Made by a program: the position numbers and the translations under genes | In this document: in pieces, positions 52,887 to 64,000 of the stretch | How positions within the stretch are numbered: position 1 is the stretch's first letter | How the letters are laid out: each line of letters opens with the position of its first letter | Assembly (NCBI GenBank): GCA_904063045.1 | Contig: CAJFCJ010000001.1 | Coordinates: forward strand, 2,542,001 to 2,606,000 | From: Dimorphilus gyrociliatus | Lineage: Eukaryota > Animalia > Annelida | Length of the DNA: 64,000 nucleotides | Direction of reading: 5' to 3' | Notes under the pieces: model-generated | What the model saw: the letters and a program-made list of their open reading frames with translations, nothing else | Database searches by the model: none | What the model was told of the DNA's origin: nothing

Positions 52887-53338
52887 AATTGTTTAAACAT
52901 ACTTCACAATAGTTATAGCAATAATTTTATCCCTTATCTTTTCTTTATCTCTCTGCAGTTACGCGTTTGCCCTGATACTGATTTTTTTTCTATCATTAGA
53001 CTGATTGGTTCTTTGATAAACCAATCAAATAGCTTTATTATAGCGTTTTGTATACAAAAGTAACGAAAGAAAAAAAATATTATCATTTCTGTTTGTCGAA
53101 TAATCGTCCTTCCTTTGTTTTATATCTTGAAAAGTGCCAGAGAAACAGTTTGCGTTTCCAACTATTCAGTATTGTAAATACGTTTTTTTCAGTTAGCTAT
53201 ACTGAAAAGAAAAACTTACTAAGTATTCTAATAAATACAGCTTTTAATTTTCATATCCATTGAAATAAATCAATAATCTATTCATTACTATGCTTTACAG
53301 TAGATTGATTAATCAATAATATATTAATTTCAATTATT

Positions 53339-55062
53339 TTATATAGTTTTATCTTCTCCTTCTTCTGATTTAGAATTATTTAATTTTTCTAGATCGGCCC
53401 AAAATGGAAGATCCGTTGAGTATTTCCAATTGGGTCCCTTTTTAATTAAAAATATGATTATTATAAAAAAAAAGCCTTATTTAAATATTAGCCAAATAAA
53501 CAAACCTCATAAGATAAGGCATGTAAATACATTATCAATTCGTCTGGTAGTGGATCTCGTGAAGGATGAAGGCACTCTTGACAGTTTTCATCAAATTTTC
53601 CTGAAGTTTCAATTCTTTTTCGTTTTGTTTGAGCCTCATCACTATCGGTCATCAGAAATCTTCTACTACTATGCTCTTTTTCAAGACGTTCTAATAATAA
53701 TTCATTTGACTGTCCAAAATTCCCATTACGACCTTTTTCAGGTCCCCAATTCGGTGTATTGTATAATTTATCATTAGTAATAGGATATCCTAAATATTGA
53801 AGATGCACTCGGATTTGATGGGTCCGTCCGGTTTTTGGCCAGCCTAAATTTGATAATATTAAAAATAAACATTATTATAATTCGAATAAATCGATTAAAA
53901 CTTACATTTGACTATACTTAACTTCCCATTAGTAGCAATTCGCTCAAAAACCGTAAAAGCTTCTTTACCTTCTTTCGTTGCATACTGAAGGCCTAATTTA
54001 TACGAGAGAACTCCTAAGGGCTCTTTACACTCAACTTTGCCAGTTGGAAATTCTCCATCCACACAACAAATATACTCTTTTTTAACCTTGCGCTCTTGAA
54101 TAGCTGTTATAATTTCTCTCGTTTTAATATCGTTCTTACAAAAGATATAGATACCAGACGTTAATCTATCTAGACGGTAGACGGCTAAATCAAAAATAAA
54201 TAAGCTAATGCTGTATTTCATAATTAAAAATACTGTTGAAACTACTTACTTCTCAAATTTTTATAGCCGTTGAGTTTCCTCATCATGAATGTTAAACTGT
54301 TGTGACGATATCGACCGCAAGGATGAACTGGAATAGAAGAAGGCTTATCTATCACAACAACTTCGTCGTCTTCGAAAACAATGTTTAGGTCTCCTCCTCG
54401 TACGGGAACTTCGTGACGATGAATTGTATTTTCAACATAATCCCCTTGTCTAAGAACATAATCAGCTGCAACAGGTTCACCATTTACTCTCACCCTTCCT
54501 TGCTCAAGTGCTTTAATCTAATTTAATTTCAAATTTTTATTGAACAGTTATGATTTGCTAATAATGTGATTGTTTTTACTTTATCATGAGGGTTATCTTG
54601 CCGAAATTCAGTTTCAAAAACATCCATTAAAGTTCTACCGAACCATCTACCTTTAGCATAAGCTGCAAATGTAAAATAGTACGGGTGAACTTTTCTTAAA
54701 CCATTTTCTTCGAAATATTCTGATTCTTCTAACCAATCGTCATTAAAATCGACGTCTTTTCCTATCTTTTCTTGACGACGTTTTTCTAATCGTATCTTTT
54801 TTTTCTCTTCTTTTAATAAGAGCTAAAGTTGAATATAACGTTAAATTTATCCACCTTTAAAACTTGACAAAAAGTTTTATACCTTACGTTGAGACCTTTT
54901 TGTCATATTATTATCTTTAGTATTGTCTGCATCTTTAGTCTCTGGTTCAGACATAATTTTTGTTGAAAATTTGAACGTAATTAGTAAATTTGGAGTGAAA
55001 GGAATTCTAAACTGTTTATTAAAATTTGAAAAACGTGTTATTTGTGCAATACATCTTATCAT
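53339..55062 (-). CDS. RPUSD2: RluA-family pseudouridine synthase
   Basis: PYYFTFAAYAKGRWFG, IHRHEVPV, VIDKPSSIPVHPCGRYRHNS, YRLDRLTSG, KEYICCVDGEFP, PKTGRTHQIRVHLQYLGYPITNDKLY, MYLHALSY. Confidence 0.92.
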
Positions 55063-55583
55063 CGCTCAAATTGCGAAACATTCTTAAATAACCAGTTTTT
55101 ATTTTATTAGCACTTATTGCCTCTACTTGACCCCAATCCTGTCCCAAGAGGCAGTAAAAGTTTTTGACAACATTTAAAATCTAAAACAAAACTTATTTAC
55201 TTGATTATCAATAAAATGCATTTACTTAACTAATCAAATCTTATTGCAAATTATATTAATTGCATTTACTCATATTTTTATCTGTAACATTAATACTACA
55301 ATTATAGCGATTGATTAATCAGCATAGTAATCATTTTTATTATAATCTCTACTTAAATATCTAAAACAAAAACTATATATCTAAAATTGTTCCTCATAAA
55401 ATGACAATATCCTTTTCTTACTGACTTGTGACTCTATAAATGACACTTTATAGATTGAACATTTTGTTTTTTAGTACTGAGGGATGGGGCAGGGGGGATG
55501 AATTATATTCATTTAACATTAATCTTTCTCTCAATCAGAGACATTTAGAAACAAAAATTAAATAAGTAATTCAGTATTTATTC

Positions 55584-56469
55584 TTAGAGATGGAGATCTT
55601 CGTGGATTGGCTTCAGTAGGAGCATGCACGTATCTTTCGGAATCCAAAACCATTTAGCTACTAGATTTTCTATAATTCCTATCCCGAAACCGCATATAAT
55701 ATCCGTAACGTAGTGCCTTCCTAATATTACCCTTGATGAGCTAACAACTACTGCCCAACTCCAAACAATTCCTAAAATCGGATTCTGGAGCCTTATGTTG
55801 GACGTTGTAAAGGCTGCAATAAGTGCAGCTCTAGTTGTATGCCCTGAAGGAAAGCTGTACTTTTTGTCAATAGAGATAGTCGCAATTAAATCATCTTCAT
55901 TATGTGCTGGTCTATCACGTCTAACCAGGGCTTTAACGCTTCCAACAATCATTAAATCCAAAACAAGAGCTGTAATAATAAAGATAAGCCCAAAATTATT
56001 GCATAAGTGGAGTCAATATGTAGAATTAATGAAAGATAATATAATATCGTTGAAAAAATTATATATGCATCGTAGTTTAAGACCGATCTACAATAAAATA
56101 TATCAGAAATAATTATAACATACCTAGAAAAAAATTGAGCAAAATTTCTTGTCTCTCTAAATCATGACTTATTAGAATACCAGCAATGTTTGCAATAATC
56201 CAAGGAGCTCCGTGACATGACAACTCTAGAAATTTCATTACAAATCGAAATCTTGAAAATTTTCCATCTGTCTTAGAGCAAATTGCTAAGTAATTTGTAG
56301 CTCGATTATCCCATTTATAGATGGTTTGGAGTAAACTTGAAGTCGGTGCACTATCTCTTTTCGACGAAATAGAAGCGGAGGAACGCTTTCTTGTTAAAGA
56401 TTTTTTCTGAGTATTTACAGAACTTCTCCTTTGTATAGTTGACCTTTCTTTAGCTACCTTCTCTTGCAT
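55584..56469 (-). CDS. PLPP6: PAP2-family polyisoprenoid diphosphate phosphatase (PLPP6/7-like)
   Basis: ELSCHGAPW, VKALVRRDRP, DKYSFPSGHTTRA, SRVILGRHYVTD (catalytic motifs intact); two exons. Confidence 0.85.
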
Positions 56470-56665
56470 CCTCTTTTAGGTTTTAAAAATAATTTTGAGA
56501 TTTCGAATGTTTGGTGACTAAGTTGTCATTGAATTTCCGTTTCCGGTGAATTTTTCTACTTCCGGAAACTGGTTATTTAGTAAACGTTCCTAAACAGATG
56601 AAATTTGATAAGATATTTGAAAACATTGATATAGGAAACTAAAATAATAACTATTCTTAGAAAAA

Positions 56666-59600
56666 ATGATGTCTAAAGCTTCAATTGAAACACAGCTTCA
56701 AAAAGTTCGTCAGTCGTTATGAAATTTCTTGAGTTTTTTTACATATTTTTCGAAAAAGAGATAACCGCCCTTTATATTTTTCATCTGTAAAAATAATTTT
56801 TATAATTACAGGAATCAAATCGATTAGCTAGTTTAGAAGAGACGCTAATTCGTAGTGATGCTGCCACGGATACTATGCTCAAAATGCTGAAAGGGTTTGA
56901 TGGTAGATTAGAAAGATTGAACGCTACAATTAAACCTGTTCATGAGGAAACGCAAAGACTACATAGACGGCAAGAAAGTATGATATATAATAATATTTTA
57001 CTAAACCTTCGACGACTTATATCTTATACCTATTTGTTTAGATACACTCTCAGTGCTGGGAGAATTAGACCTTATTCTAGCTCATTACAAGATTGCTGAA
57101 GAAGCCGAGAGTGTTGTTTCGCAATCGTAAGTTTGTTGCTTCTATAAAGACTTTTTTTGGTTTTTCCATACAATAATATATTCTGTATATTACAGCCCGT
57201 CAAACCAAATTGAGCAGTATTTAAAGAAAATGAATGACATAAAGTCAGCCAAAGATTATTTCGAAATGATAGCCAAGTCTGAAGGTCACGAAAAAGCCGA
57301 TGATGTCGTTTATAAAGTATCTTTTACACAGTTAATTCAGAAGCTCGAGTAGTAATCACGTGTAATATTATTTTCTAAATAGCTAACTTGCCCTTTCGAT
57401 AAAGGTGTAAGTCTACTCGATGAAGAATTCAAATATGTTCTTCAAAGAAATTCCCAACCTTATAATGCAAAATTGATATTAGAGAATCTTCATGCAATAG
57501 GTCTTTATATTCTATAATATACTTTATATTCTATAATACTAACTGGGAAAATACTTAATATTTTATAGCATCCGGTAAAGAGCCGTTGAGTTTGGCTTAC
57601 GATAGTAAAACAGCACCATTGTGGGGAAAAGTTGTTAAATTACCTAGTCAATCTGTGCAAACAGAATTAGGAATGATGGCTTCCTGGCTTCTTAAACTTT
57701 CAACAAACACTGTTACAAATACAACGGAGAATTTTGCAGAACACAGGGTTCGCGGAATGAGAAAATGCCTTGATTCGTAAGCAATTATTTCTTAAACACA
57801 TTTATACATAATCCTTTAATCTAAAAAATTTACCTAATAGGGTTAGAAATTTGATTAATGAAGAAAAATTTGACTTACCTTTTGCATCACCATCGGCAGC
57901 AAAAGGAAAATATGCTGATTCCCAACGAAGAGAATCTAATATGTAAGATAACAATCACCGTCTTTACCGTAATTAATTATGATTTATTAATATATTTTCT
58001 ATTAAACAGTTTCGGAAGCATATCAAGCAAAATTAAAAATCAATTTACAACTGCTGATAGATCTCCTGGTATAACTTTATTTTATGATTTCTTTTATCAA
58101 AGCTACAATAATAATCTTCTCTTTTGAGATTAGCCCCAACAAAGAAACGCGAATCTTACTCTAATAGGGAAAATATAAAAGATGACAATAATGATGGAGA
58201 TATTGATTTCTTTTTGTATATGTTTCCAGTTGTGTTTAGAATGACAGAGGTTGTTGTTATATTTAAAAATTATTTAATAATTGACATTCATAATATGCTC
58301 AATAGCTGGAAGTAGCTTTGGCGAATAGTATATTTTCAAAGAAGACTTATGTATCCTATATAATGAGCACTGTCTTTCAAGGTGTCTTTAAGACAATTCA
58401 CGAGGAAGCCGATGTAATTATAAAATACTATATATTACCTGTCAATTGAGATCTAATTGCAATTTATGCCAATTTTTATAATCTTCCAGCGAGTTAATAC
58501 TATTTGTAGAAAAGGAGTTATCCGTCATGACACCAGCGTCATTTTATATGTTTTTCAAGTATTGAATCATCTTAGAACAGCTGAACCTCACTTTAACAAT
58601 ATACTACAAGTATAAATTTCTTATTTAAAGTAACAAAATATAACAATATAAATTGATTCTGACAGAAGCTAGATTGCAAAAAGCGATATTTGGATTCACT
58701 TATTCATAGCTTCAGCGAAACAGTAAGTTTTTCAAATGTATAAATTCAATTGTATTAGAAATACTTAATTTTCTTTGTATTATAAACACAAAGGCTTTAC
58801 AAGGTTTAACTGAGTTGAATGATTTCATTAAATCTAATCAAGATAGACACGCATTAATGCCGCCTGACGGTACCGTCCACCAGATGACAAGCAATGTAAG
58901 TTAGCGGTTTTTAGGCAAAAGCTTTATATGTAGAAATAATTTTCCATAGATTATGATTTTCCTTGAAAATCTTTTGATCAATAAAGAATCTCTGCTAGAA
59001 TTGTTTGCTTCAAAGCCATCAAAAGAGAGAGAAGCTGCTCACTACTTGAGTAATTATAACTTTTTATTTAACGTTTCTTAAATATAGAAAAATTTATGAA
59101 TTACAGAATATTTAATACCATAATTTTTTTTATTAGGAAACCTTATATCATCTCTTGGTTTATATTTAACGAATAAATCGCAAACTTACACCGATCCTGT
59201 GCTAGTAATAATATTTTTGTTGAACAATTATAATTACATGTCAAAAGCTTTACAAAAGTAAGTTATTTAGATTATTATGTTTTTCTGTAAATAACTTAAC
59301 AATTTTTTTACAGAAAAAACTCGAAACTTCAGTTTATTTGTCAATTCGATTCGGATATTACACAAAGCTTCGTTCAAAAATGTATCAGCTATAGGCAGAC
59401 TTACGCCAGAAGTTGGGATCCTGTTATACAACAGATTAGCTCTGATGCAAATAGGAGTTTTTCTCCAGAAAAGCTTAAAGATCGAGATAGGCAACTGATA
59501 AAAGATAAATTTTCCGTAAGCTTTCTATTTTTTATTGGATGCTGCTAGTTTCGTATATATGTATATGCATTTCAGAATTTCAATAAAGCGTTTGAAGATA

Positions 59601-59806
59601 TTTACCGAATTCAAAAAGCTTATTCGGTTCCTGATCCAGAATTGAAAGATTTGTTAAGGACCGAAAATCAAAATCGAATACTTCCTTTATACGAGTCATT
59701 CTTAAGAAAGTACGAAGACTGTGGATTTACCAAGAATAAGGAAAAATATGTAAAATATCGTGTAGAGGATATAAAAAGATCAATGTCACAATTCTTTTCC
59801 GCTTAG
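56666..59806 (+). CDS. EXOC7: Exocyst complex component 7 (Exo70)
   Basis: MLKGFDGRLERL, LMPPDGTVHQMTSN, IFLLNNYNYM, RQLIKDKF..FNKAFEDI..IQKAYSVPDPEL, FTKNKEKYVKY. Confidence 0.95.
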
Positions 59807-60557
59807 ATATAATTTATATTATAAATAACACTTAAAAAATGCTTTTCTATTCAAGTAGCCAAGATGGGAAACTGCTAACATTCAATGTAATTGTTTTCTT
59901 GTATAGACCTATAATGGCGGCCATAGCTTTTTCAAATATTTATAATAAATATATTGAGTTATATAATAAATACGTTTACTTTTCTTAAAATTTCAACCTT
60001 CTGTCACCTAATTCAATATCTAGTTCACTTATAAAAAATAACTGTCTAATAGAATTGTAGTCTGGGAGGGATTAAGAGCAATCATAGGGCTATTAAAATG
60101 TTGTATATAACTCATTTAGAGCTTTATCCTAAGTATTTACAAAGTAAACTTGAATGATATATATATGAACTATTCATAAATGGCCATTTGAATTTACCCG
60201 GCAAATATTTCCTATTAAAAAAATCTTGCTTTTCGTATAAATTAACAGAACTCAATTATGATTTTATTTAGATTCTACATTATGAATTATCGAATGAAAA
60301 TTTCTACGAAACTCGTACTCAATTCGAGAATATTTGTTATATATTTAGTCTTCTTTCAACATAGGCTGTGGGAAAAGCAAAGATACATTTTATATGTATA
60401 AAAATAATTGATCTTCATATTGCTACATTCTCTTTTAAAAAATTAATTTCCTGCTATTACGAAGTTTTAGAGAATATATATGTCTAAGAAAATATATACA
60501 AGGAGTGAGCGTTAGCGATAATAAGGGAAATTGGGTTATTTGTTGCGCACGTTCAAG

Positions 60558-62721
60558 ATGTCCAGCAATGAAGTTAAAAAGGATGAATCGAAATTTGATA
60601 GGCTCAAGAAATTGTTTAAAGGGAATTCAAAAACATCTTCTCCTTCTAACCTGCCTCATGTCCCATTACAAACCTCTCCCCAGAACCCGTTTCAACTAAC
60701 TCAAGCATGTGTAAACGTGAGTGCACAATACAATGTAAACAACAAAATGTATTTTACCGCTTGCGTTCTCTATAAATATATAGAGCATAGGTTGTGGACA
60801 TCCTGAAAGCTATAGAATAAAAAACATTAAAGACCTTACCGAAATCATTCAGACAAAGATGATAAAAAAGGTAAACTAATAATATTAAATGCCATTTTTG
60901 ATAATATGTTATATAATTGTTGTGTTTATGTATTTCTCCATAAAAGGAACATATAGTTACACTTTGGAATTGTGTAAGGGATTTGAAAACATCTGATAAT
61001 TCCATTGCAAGACAGACGTGTTTTAGATTTTTTTATAGTTTAATTCAAGGCCAGGTAGTAAACATGTTGCAATGCTATTTACTTAAAATATAGCATATCA
61101 ATTTCTATTTTTACAGCATGAAAGATTAGAAACAATGAAATCGGTCATCTTTGACGATTTAAATTCAGTTAAATATGTAGAAGATTTCGATTATAAAATT
61201 CTCTGCTTTCAATCTTTAACGCAAAATGGTAAAAATCTTTCGAAAATAGAAGAAGAAACTGGTCCTGCTGTTGCAGCTTGGGAAAAAGAATTAGTTAATG
61301 ATTATGAAAAGTTAAAGGGGAAAATTGTTATAGAATTTTTACGTTTAATTGTTAATATTATTAAGTATAATGCTGCTCATTTAGATGAAGAAAATTTGAG
61401 TGAACTTGTTAGGTAATACTATATTATTGTTTTATTTATTATGTGTATGCTTTCTTATACTTTACAACTATTAATTCTATTAATATTTACTTTTGAAGGG
61501 AAACATGCAATCTTGCTCAAGTTACAGACAATTTGGAAGAAATGAAAGTTAGTATATTTCTATTATTAAACATGTTTTGTTACATATCTTTAATTGTTAA
61601 TATTAATTATTGGAAAAACTTTATTCATTAACAACAGAGCTGTTTGGCTTTACTCATGTGCATAGTCAGTTACAGTTACTTACCCACGGACTGTCTATAT
61701 GCTGTAGTTGTTTGTTTATGCAAGGTGCTAAATGTTCATACTGATTGTGTTTCATCAGTTTGGAAGGTAAGGATGATGATTGTCGAATACGTACAGAGAT
61801 GTATAGATGTTTATATTTTCATATTAGCTTATGAGAGCAATATTTCAAGACCATTTGGGTCATGCCGCATTACTTGTGACTTGTCGCATTTTAGAGGATA
61901 AGTAAGAATAATAAATACTTTTATTATCAAATAATACGAGATATAATAATCTCATTTATAGAGAAAACGCAAAAGATACTATTCTTTTGCGTGGTGCTGT
62001 ATATTTCGTTGGAGCTGCCCTTTGGGGAAGAGAAAGAGTTGAGACTATTAAATGTCCAGCTAGTGTTGTATTACCTTGTATGATACAAGTAAATATTAAT
62101 ATTATATCATTTTTCGTTACTTTTTTGCATTTAATAATTTAATTTTTTCAAAGGCTTTAGTTAACAGCGATCATCCACTTGTTGCCTATGAAATAGCAAG
62201 ATCTGTTAGAAGGTTAATTGAAAAATATGGAACAGATTGTGAAATGATGACATGGAGTGGAGTTTTAGATGTAATCCAAACACTTCTTGATTTTACAAAT
62301 TCAAATGTATTTGCTGTAATTATCCAATTTATTCAATTATTTAGCAAAGTGAACTTTTTATACTTAAAATAATTTCCAGGCTTCGTCAGCACTTTCCCCA
62401 CATATACTTACCGAATTTCATCGAATAATAAGTGATGTAGAGGACGCCTATGAGAAAGAAAGTAATTTTAGTTCACTAGCCGATCGATTTTTCGATATTG
62501 TTGAAGAATGTGCCAATGATAGACCGGTAAATAATGATTCATTTTAAAGACTATCACTTTTATTGAAAATTTAAAACGCAGCTACAAATATAACATGTTT
62601 TTATTTAATCACAACAGGAAAAATCATTACTACTTTTAATACAACATCGTGTATTATTAGTGCATCCCAACCTCCCAGGATGGACCATTCAACTTAAAGA
62701 ATTAGTTGACAAATACTTTAG
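60558..62721 (+). CDS. TSC2: Tuberin, 5' exons (gene continues beyond the window; the intron starting at 62722 does not close in-window)
   Basis: KFDRLKKLFK, RIKNIKDL, IVTLWNCVRDL..ARQTCF..IQGQ, LTQNGKNL, FLRLIVNIIKYNAAHLDE, YSYLP, LLRGAVYFVGAALWG, VAYEI, LVHPNLPGWTIQLKELVDKYF; resembles the TSC2 N-terminal HEAT region. Confidence 0.9.
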
Positions 62722-62747
62722 GTAAGTAAAGTTAATACTTTTCAATT

Positions 62748-64000
62748 TTAATTCTTTATTGAGTATAATTTCCAACCCGCGATCTTTAAAGTATTTAAGT
62801 TAGTATTATCTTTTAAAATTGAGCATTTTCCTTGAAATAAAGCTATTCCAATGCAACTATTTGAATTCATACACTTTGTACTGCAGTGACCTTTATTTCT
62901 ATATATCTCCACTTTATCAGCCGAACCTGATGGTGTTGGAAAGACCTCGCCTTTCAGTCTTGTTAAATGAATACATCGAACTGTCAAGACAAAGAGAGAT
63001 TTATATTGAACGATTTATTAATAATCTTGAATTAATCACTGTAGATCAATCATTTAACTTAAAACCTTTATGGAAAATTTCCTATAGCTCACCTAATCCA
63101 TCAGAATAATAGCTATTACTGCAATTCCACTTTTGAATATCTGGTGTTGCTTGAGTTGTTGGGAGTTCTAGTGAAATTTTATTTATATATAATATTAAAA
63201 CGCATTAAAATACTCGTCCTTACCAGTTGTAAATATAGGCGTTTCAGAATTGCTACATCTACCACTTATACAAACTACACTAGGAAAACCGTTGCAAACA
63301 TCTCCTTCGTCACACGAAGACCCAAATGTTTTATCTGTAACGGTGTTTTTGAGAGTTAAATTTGTTTTTATACTTGAATATACGAGCATATATTCTATGT
63401 ACATGAGCATGAACCAGACCAATCAATTTCCTGACTTTGATTACAAATCCAAGTTCCATTATTTAATACCCTTTCAAAACCGGTCAGGCAGACACATACA
63501 CCAAAAGAGCATTTCATTGCTTTTGGATTACCCTTACAACTCGAACTCGATGAACAAGAATCATCAACAGCACTCAAAAACGCTAAATTGTTTTTGATAA
63601 AGGAGATAACTATTATAAATGTATTCACTAATTTTAAAACTATACCATTAGCTGATACAGTAATTACAGTACTGCCCAAATCCATTTTAGTAGTCAAAGT
63701 ATAAGCATCATTTTTATCAAGACCAGCAACAGGTATTATAATATCATTATCTCGAACACAAGAATTTGCAGCCATCGTTTTTGTTGCGAAAAAACCACTA
63801 AAAGCGCCAATACTCCCAGGATTAAGGTTATCTATTTAAAAACATTTTAGTATTAGATTACCTGTAATGAAAGTTTTCAATTTAAAACTGAAAAATAAAA
63901 ATTACCTAAGATAACAACAGCAATAGCCCCCGATAATTGCGCAAAAAGAGCCTTTGAAGAAAAAAAGCAACCACCCCTTCGGACGATTGCTACGTTTCCT
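62748..64000 (-). CDS. PA domain + EB-like Cys modules + PAN/apple-like domain protein (3' part), nested antisense in a TSC2 intron
   Basis: Phase-1 spliced exons: GNVAIVRRGGCFFSSKALFAQLSGAIAVVIL|DN..IIPVAGL (PA domain); CSSSSSCKGNPKAMKCSFGVCVCLTGF and FGSSCDEGDVCNGFPSVVCISGRC (EB-like); last exon CSTKCMNSNSCIGIALFQGKCSIL (PAN-like), stop at 62748. Confidence 0.7.

Noticed and set aside
43070-55062. Functional clustering of RNA-related genes (ALKBH1, PYM1, DNAJC2, RPUSD2)
   Set aside because: They are interspersed with unrelated metabolic and ciliary genes, which is expected by chance in a gene-dense genome.
55481-55497. G-rich tract GGGATGGGGCAGGGGGG (and GGGTATGGGGTGGG near 39155) as a G-quadruplex
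   Set aside because: Only three separate G-tracts, so it is not a canonical four-tract G4, and there is no supporting context.
62819-63109. Plus-strand ORF as the terminal TSC2 exon
   Set aside because: Splicing from the phase-2 donor at 62722 to the acceptor near 62920 gives an immediate stop (S-R-T-*). The region is better explained by the antisense PAN-like exon, which has strong splice signals.

Overview
AT-rich, gene-dense animal genomic DNA with mostly 50-70 bp GT-AG introns. The style and gene content fit a compact lophotrochozoan genome such as the dwarf annelid Dimorphilus gyrociliatus; this is inference and not confirmed. Left half (1-29 kb), accessory-type region: two tandem GRL101-like LDLa/C-lectin/LRR GPCR genes, a solo KRBA2/SCAND3-type integrase ORF, a solo BEL/Pao gag ORF, mariner relics, an intronless peptide-type GPCR, and an array of five dsRBM + eIF2-alpha-kinase genes (K1-K5) with PKR-like architecture. 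K1 is a predicted pseudokinase. K2 is a dsRBM-kinase-dsRBM-pseudokinase fusion. The kinase domains carry HRI-like rather than PKR-like signatures, including a C-terminal coiled coil. Their dsRBMs share intron positions and helix-1 spacing with a deaminase-less ADAR2-like 4x dsRBM gene about 5 kb away. Together this suggests an independently assembled invertebrate dsRNA-sensing kinase system. Right half: housekeeping genes (TKFC, LCAD-like ACAD, XYLB, ALKBH1, PYM1, DNAJC2, ACSS1, CFAP77, RPUSD2, PLPP6, EXOC7, 5' part of TSC2), plus a PA-EB-PAN gene nested antisense in a TSC2 intron. No CRISPR array, rRNA or tRNA was recognised. All exon structures were spliced by hand, and comparisons to human proteins are from memory.
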